A stretch of 64,000 nt of DNA, taken from an uncultured Spirochaetota bacterium (lineage in GTDB: Bacteria; Spirochaetota; Spirochaetia; SZUA-6; Fen-1364). How positions within the stretch are numbered: the stretch's first letter is position 1; each line of letters opens with the position of its first letter. A program made the translations under genes and the position numbers. The DNA is taken from positions 1,952,001 through 2,016,000 of the forward strand of contig CAWGAA010000001.1 of the NCBI GenBank assembly GCA_963820525.1, given 5' to 3'. Positions 61,801-64,000 of this stretch are shown piece after piece. The notes below the pieces were generated by a model that was not told where the DNA came from, ran no database searches, and worked only from the letters and a program-made list of their open reading frames with translations.

Positions 61801-63288
61801 CGTCCCGGCGCACACCGAGGTGGACCAGACGGGAAAGGTGCTCTTCGTCGGCTCCGACGGGACGCGCCTCTCCGTCAGGGACCCCCGGGTGCGGGTGATC
61901 GTCCCCTCCATGGGAGACTTGTTCTCCTGCGGAATGGCGGCGGTGCTCCGCGGCCTGGGCTGGCATGCCGAAGCCCTGCCGGTCTGCGACCGGGAGGCCC
62001 TGGACCTGGGCAGGTCCGTGACCACGAGCAAGGAATGCCTTCCCATCATCAACATCCTGGGAGAGATCCTCAAGTACCTGAAGCACAGGAAGGACCCTCG
62101 GAGAGACTCATCATAGGAATGGTTGATGCGGGGGGATGCTGCAGGGTGGGCCAGTACGAGATCCTCATCCGGGCGCTGATCGAGAAGAAAAGGCTCACCG
62201 ACGTCGCCCTGCTCCTCGTTTCCAACGACGACGGCTATGCGGGCCTCGGAATCAGGTTCCGCCTCCAGGCCGTCAAGGCCCTCTACCTCACGGACGTCAT
62301 GGATGACGTTCGCTCGGTGATAAAGGCGCTCGCGGTGGACAGAAAAGCCGGCATGGAGATTTACGAGGAGGAGGTGAAGAAGCTCCTGGGCACCCTCGAC
62401 GGCTCCACCGGCCGCTCCACGTACGGGCAGCTTCGCTCCAGCGTGAAGCTGCTTTCCCGGATCCGGCTTCGGCTGCCCCTGTCCAAGGCGAAGTACATCG
62501 GCGTGGTGGGAGAGATCTTCGTGCGCCGGGACCACTTCTGCCTCATGGGGATTCCCGAGAGGCTGGCCGAGCAGGGATTCGTGATGCTCGACGCTCCCGT
62601 TTCCGAATGGGTCCGCTACACGGATTTCCTCCGGGACATCGGGATGTACACGGCCAAGCACAGCTTCATCGGCTCCATCGAAGCCTTCCTCTCGGACTGG
62701 GTCCAGGCCTACCACGAGCGAAAAGTGAAGAGGCTCCTGGCAAAAACCGGGCTCTACGAGTACGAGCTCATCGACATCAAGGGATACCTGGCCCATTCCA
62801 CGCACTACTTCCCCCTGGAGCTCACCGGGGAGCCGGGGCTTTCCTCGGGCTCGGCCCTGTATCACTTCGTGGACAAGTACTGCGGCACCATCAGCGTCGG
62901 GCCCTTCGGCTGCATGAACTCGCGCATGACGGAGGCCGTTGCCACCGTGGAAATGACCACGGCGGGAAAAGAGAAGGCGGCGGCGAATGCGGGCCGGCGC
63001 GTGGACCTCGGCGAGATACGAACCAACGTCGATATGCTTCCGTTCCTCAACGTCGAGCTCGACGGCAATGTGTTCACCCAGATCGAGGAAGCGCGCTTCG
63101 AGACCTTCCTCCTCCAGGCACGGAGGCTCGGCGAGGAGATGGAGAGGCATCGAAGCGGAAATGGCTCCAACGGCAATAACGGATCGGGGAACAACGGAAA
63201 CGGCGCCGCGCGCTCCGGCAACGGAAATCACGGCCGCCTCGAAAAGGCTCAGCCGTCGTCCCTCCGGGGCAGCGGTCCGAAGAATTGA
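58826..63288 (+). CDS. Acyl-CoA dehydratase activase-type multidomain protein; one frameshift near 62096
   Basis: Two ASKHA ATPase modules (KCASGTG; DVGSTTTK, EIGGQD, CSAGTG), GRPY, TRIEAF; C-terminus (CRVGQY, GEIFVR, PFGC) continues in another frame. Confidence 0.85.
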
Positions 63289-64000
63289 TGGAAATAGCAG
63301 CGGATATTCCCGTTGTACAGCTTCCTGTTCTTGGTAGCGCGCGCCCCGAGCAGTTTTTCGAATCCGGGATGCGGCGTAAGGGCGAAGAGCGACCAGGTGG
63401 GCAGGGCCGCGAAGAGCCGGCCAAGGCTGCGGTACAGCTCCTCCACCTCCTTGCTTTCCCCCAGACGCTCCGCGTACGGGGGATTGGTGACGATGCAGCC
63501 GTACTGCCCGTCAAGGTGGAGGCCTTCCAGCCGTGCGCGGCGAATCGCTACGGCGCTCTCCACCCCGGCCCGCTTCGCGTTCCTGCCCGCAGCCGCCAAC
63601 ACGCCCTCATCGCGGTCCGAGGCGAGGATCTCCAGCTCCGCACCCGGCAGCCGCATTGACCGTGCCTGCTCGCGGGCGCGCTGCCAGACCTCCTTCGGGA
63701 TATGGGGCCACTGCTCGGCCGCGAAGCTTCTGCCCAGTCCCGGTGCGATATTCAGCCCGATCATCGCCGCCTCGATCGGGATGGTTCCCGATCCGCAGAG
63801 GGGGTCCGAGAACGGCCGCGGTGGTTTCCAGCGGCTCAGGATCACCATTCCCGCGGCCAGGGTCTCCCGAAGCGGCGCCTCTCCCGCCTCGGTCCTGTAT
63901 CCCCGCTTGTGCAGTCCTGAACCGGATGTGTCCAGGGTCACCGAGGCGTTTCCCGCCGCCATTGCAATCTCCACGGGATACAGCGGGCCCGTCTCCTCGA
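63249..64000 (-). CDS. THUMP/RlmL-type RNA methyltransferase, 3' part
   Basis: LHKRGYR, APLRETLAA, DPLCGSGT, NPPY, KLYNG. Confidence 0.92.
   Translation of the reverse strand, partial: EETGPLYPVEIAMAAGNASVTLDTSGSGLHKRGYRTEAGEAPLRETLAAGMVILSRWKPPRPFSDPLCGSGTIPIEAAMIGLNIAPGLGRSFAAEQWPHIPKEVWQRAREQARSMRLPGAELEILASDRDEGVLAAAGRNAKRAGVESAVAIRRARLEGLHLDGQYGCIVTNPPYAERLGESKEVEELYRSLGRLFAALPTWSLFALTPHPGFEKLLGARATKNRKLYNGNIRCYFHQFFGPLPRRDDG

Overview
GC-rich bacterial chromosome segment. Gene content (a TP0789/LolA-like protein, a ComFB-family protein) suggests a free-living spirochaete, which is inference only. From 2.2 to 15.5 kb lies a complete integron: intI, attI, seven cassettes and seven 116-118 bp attC sites. 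Cassettes include a candidate ABC-ATPase+PIN defence pair and a HEPN protein. Two attC sites are split by copies of one IS1111-type (IS110 family) element. Its non-coding end reads as a bridge/seek RNA with target and donor guides, and one guide base differs between the copies and matches the site each copy occupies. Copy 2 is itself interrupted by an IS3 element. A GH5 gene and a degraded IS481 fused to an ankyrin fragment follow, then small accessory genes, housekeeping genes (ribA, dapL, msrA, mtgA), a cluster of putative c-di-GMP-related proteins and a pelDEFG-like locus with a divergent PelB-like TPR gene. All calls were made by eye from motifs; no database search was run.
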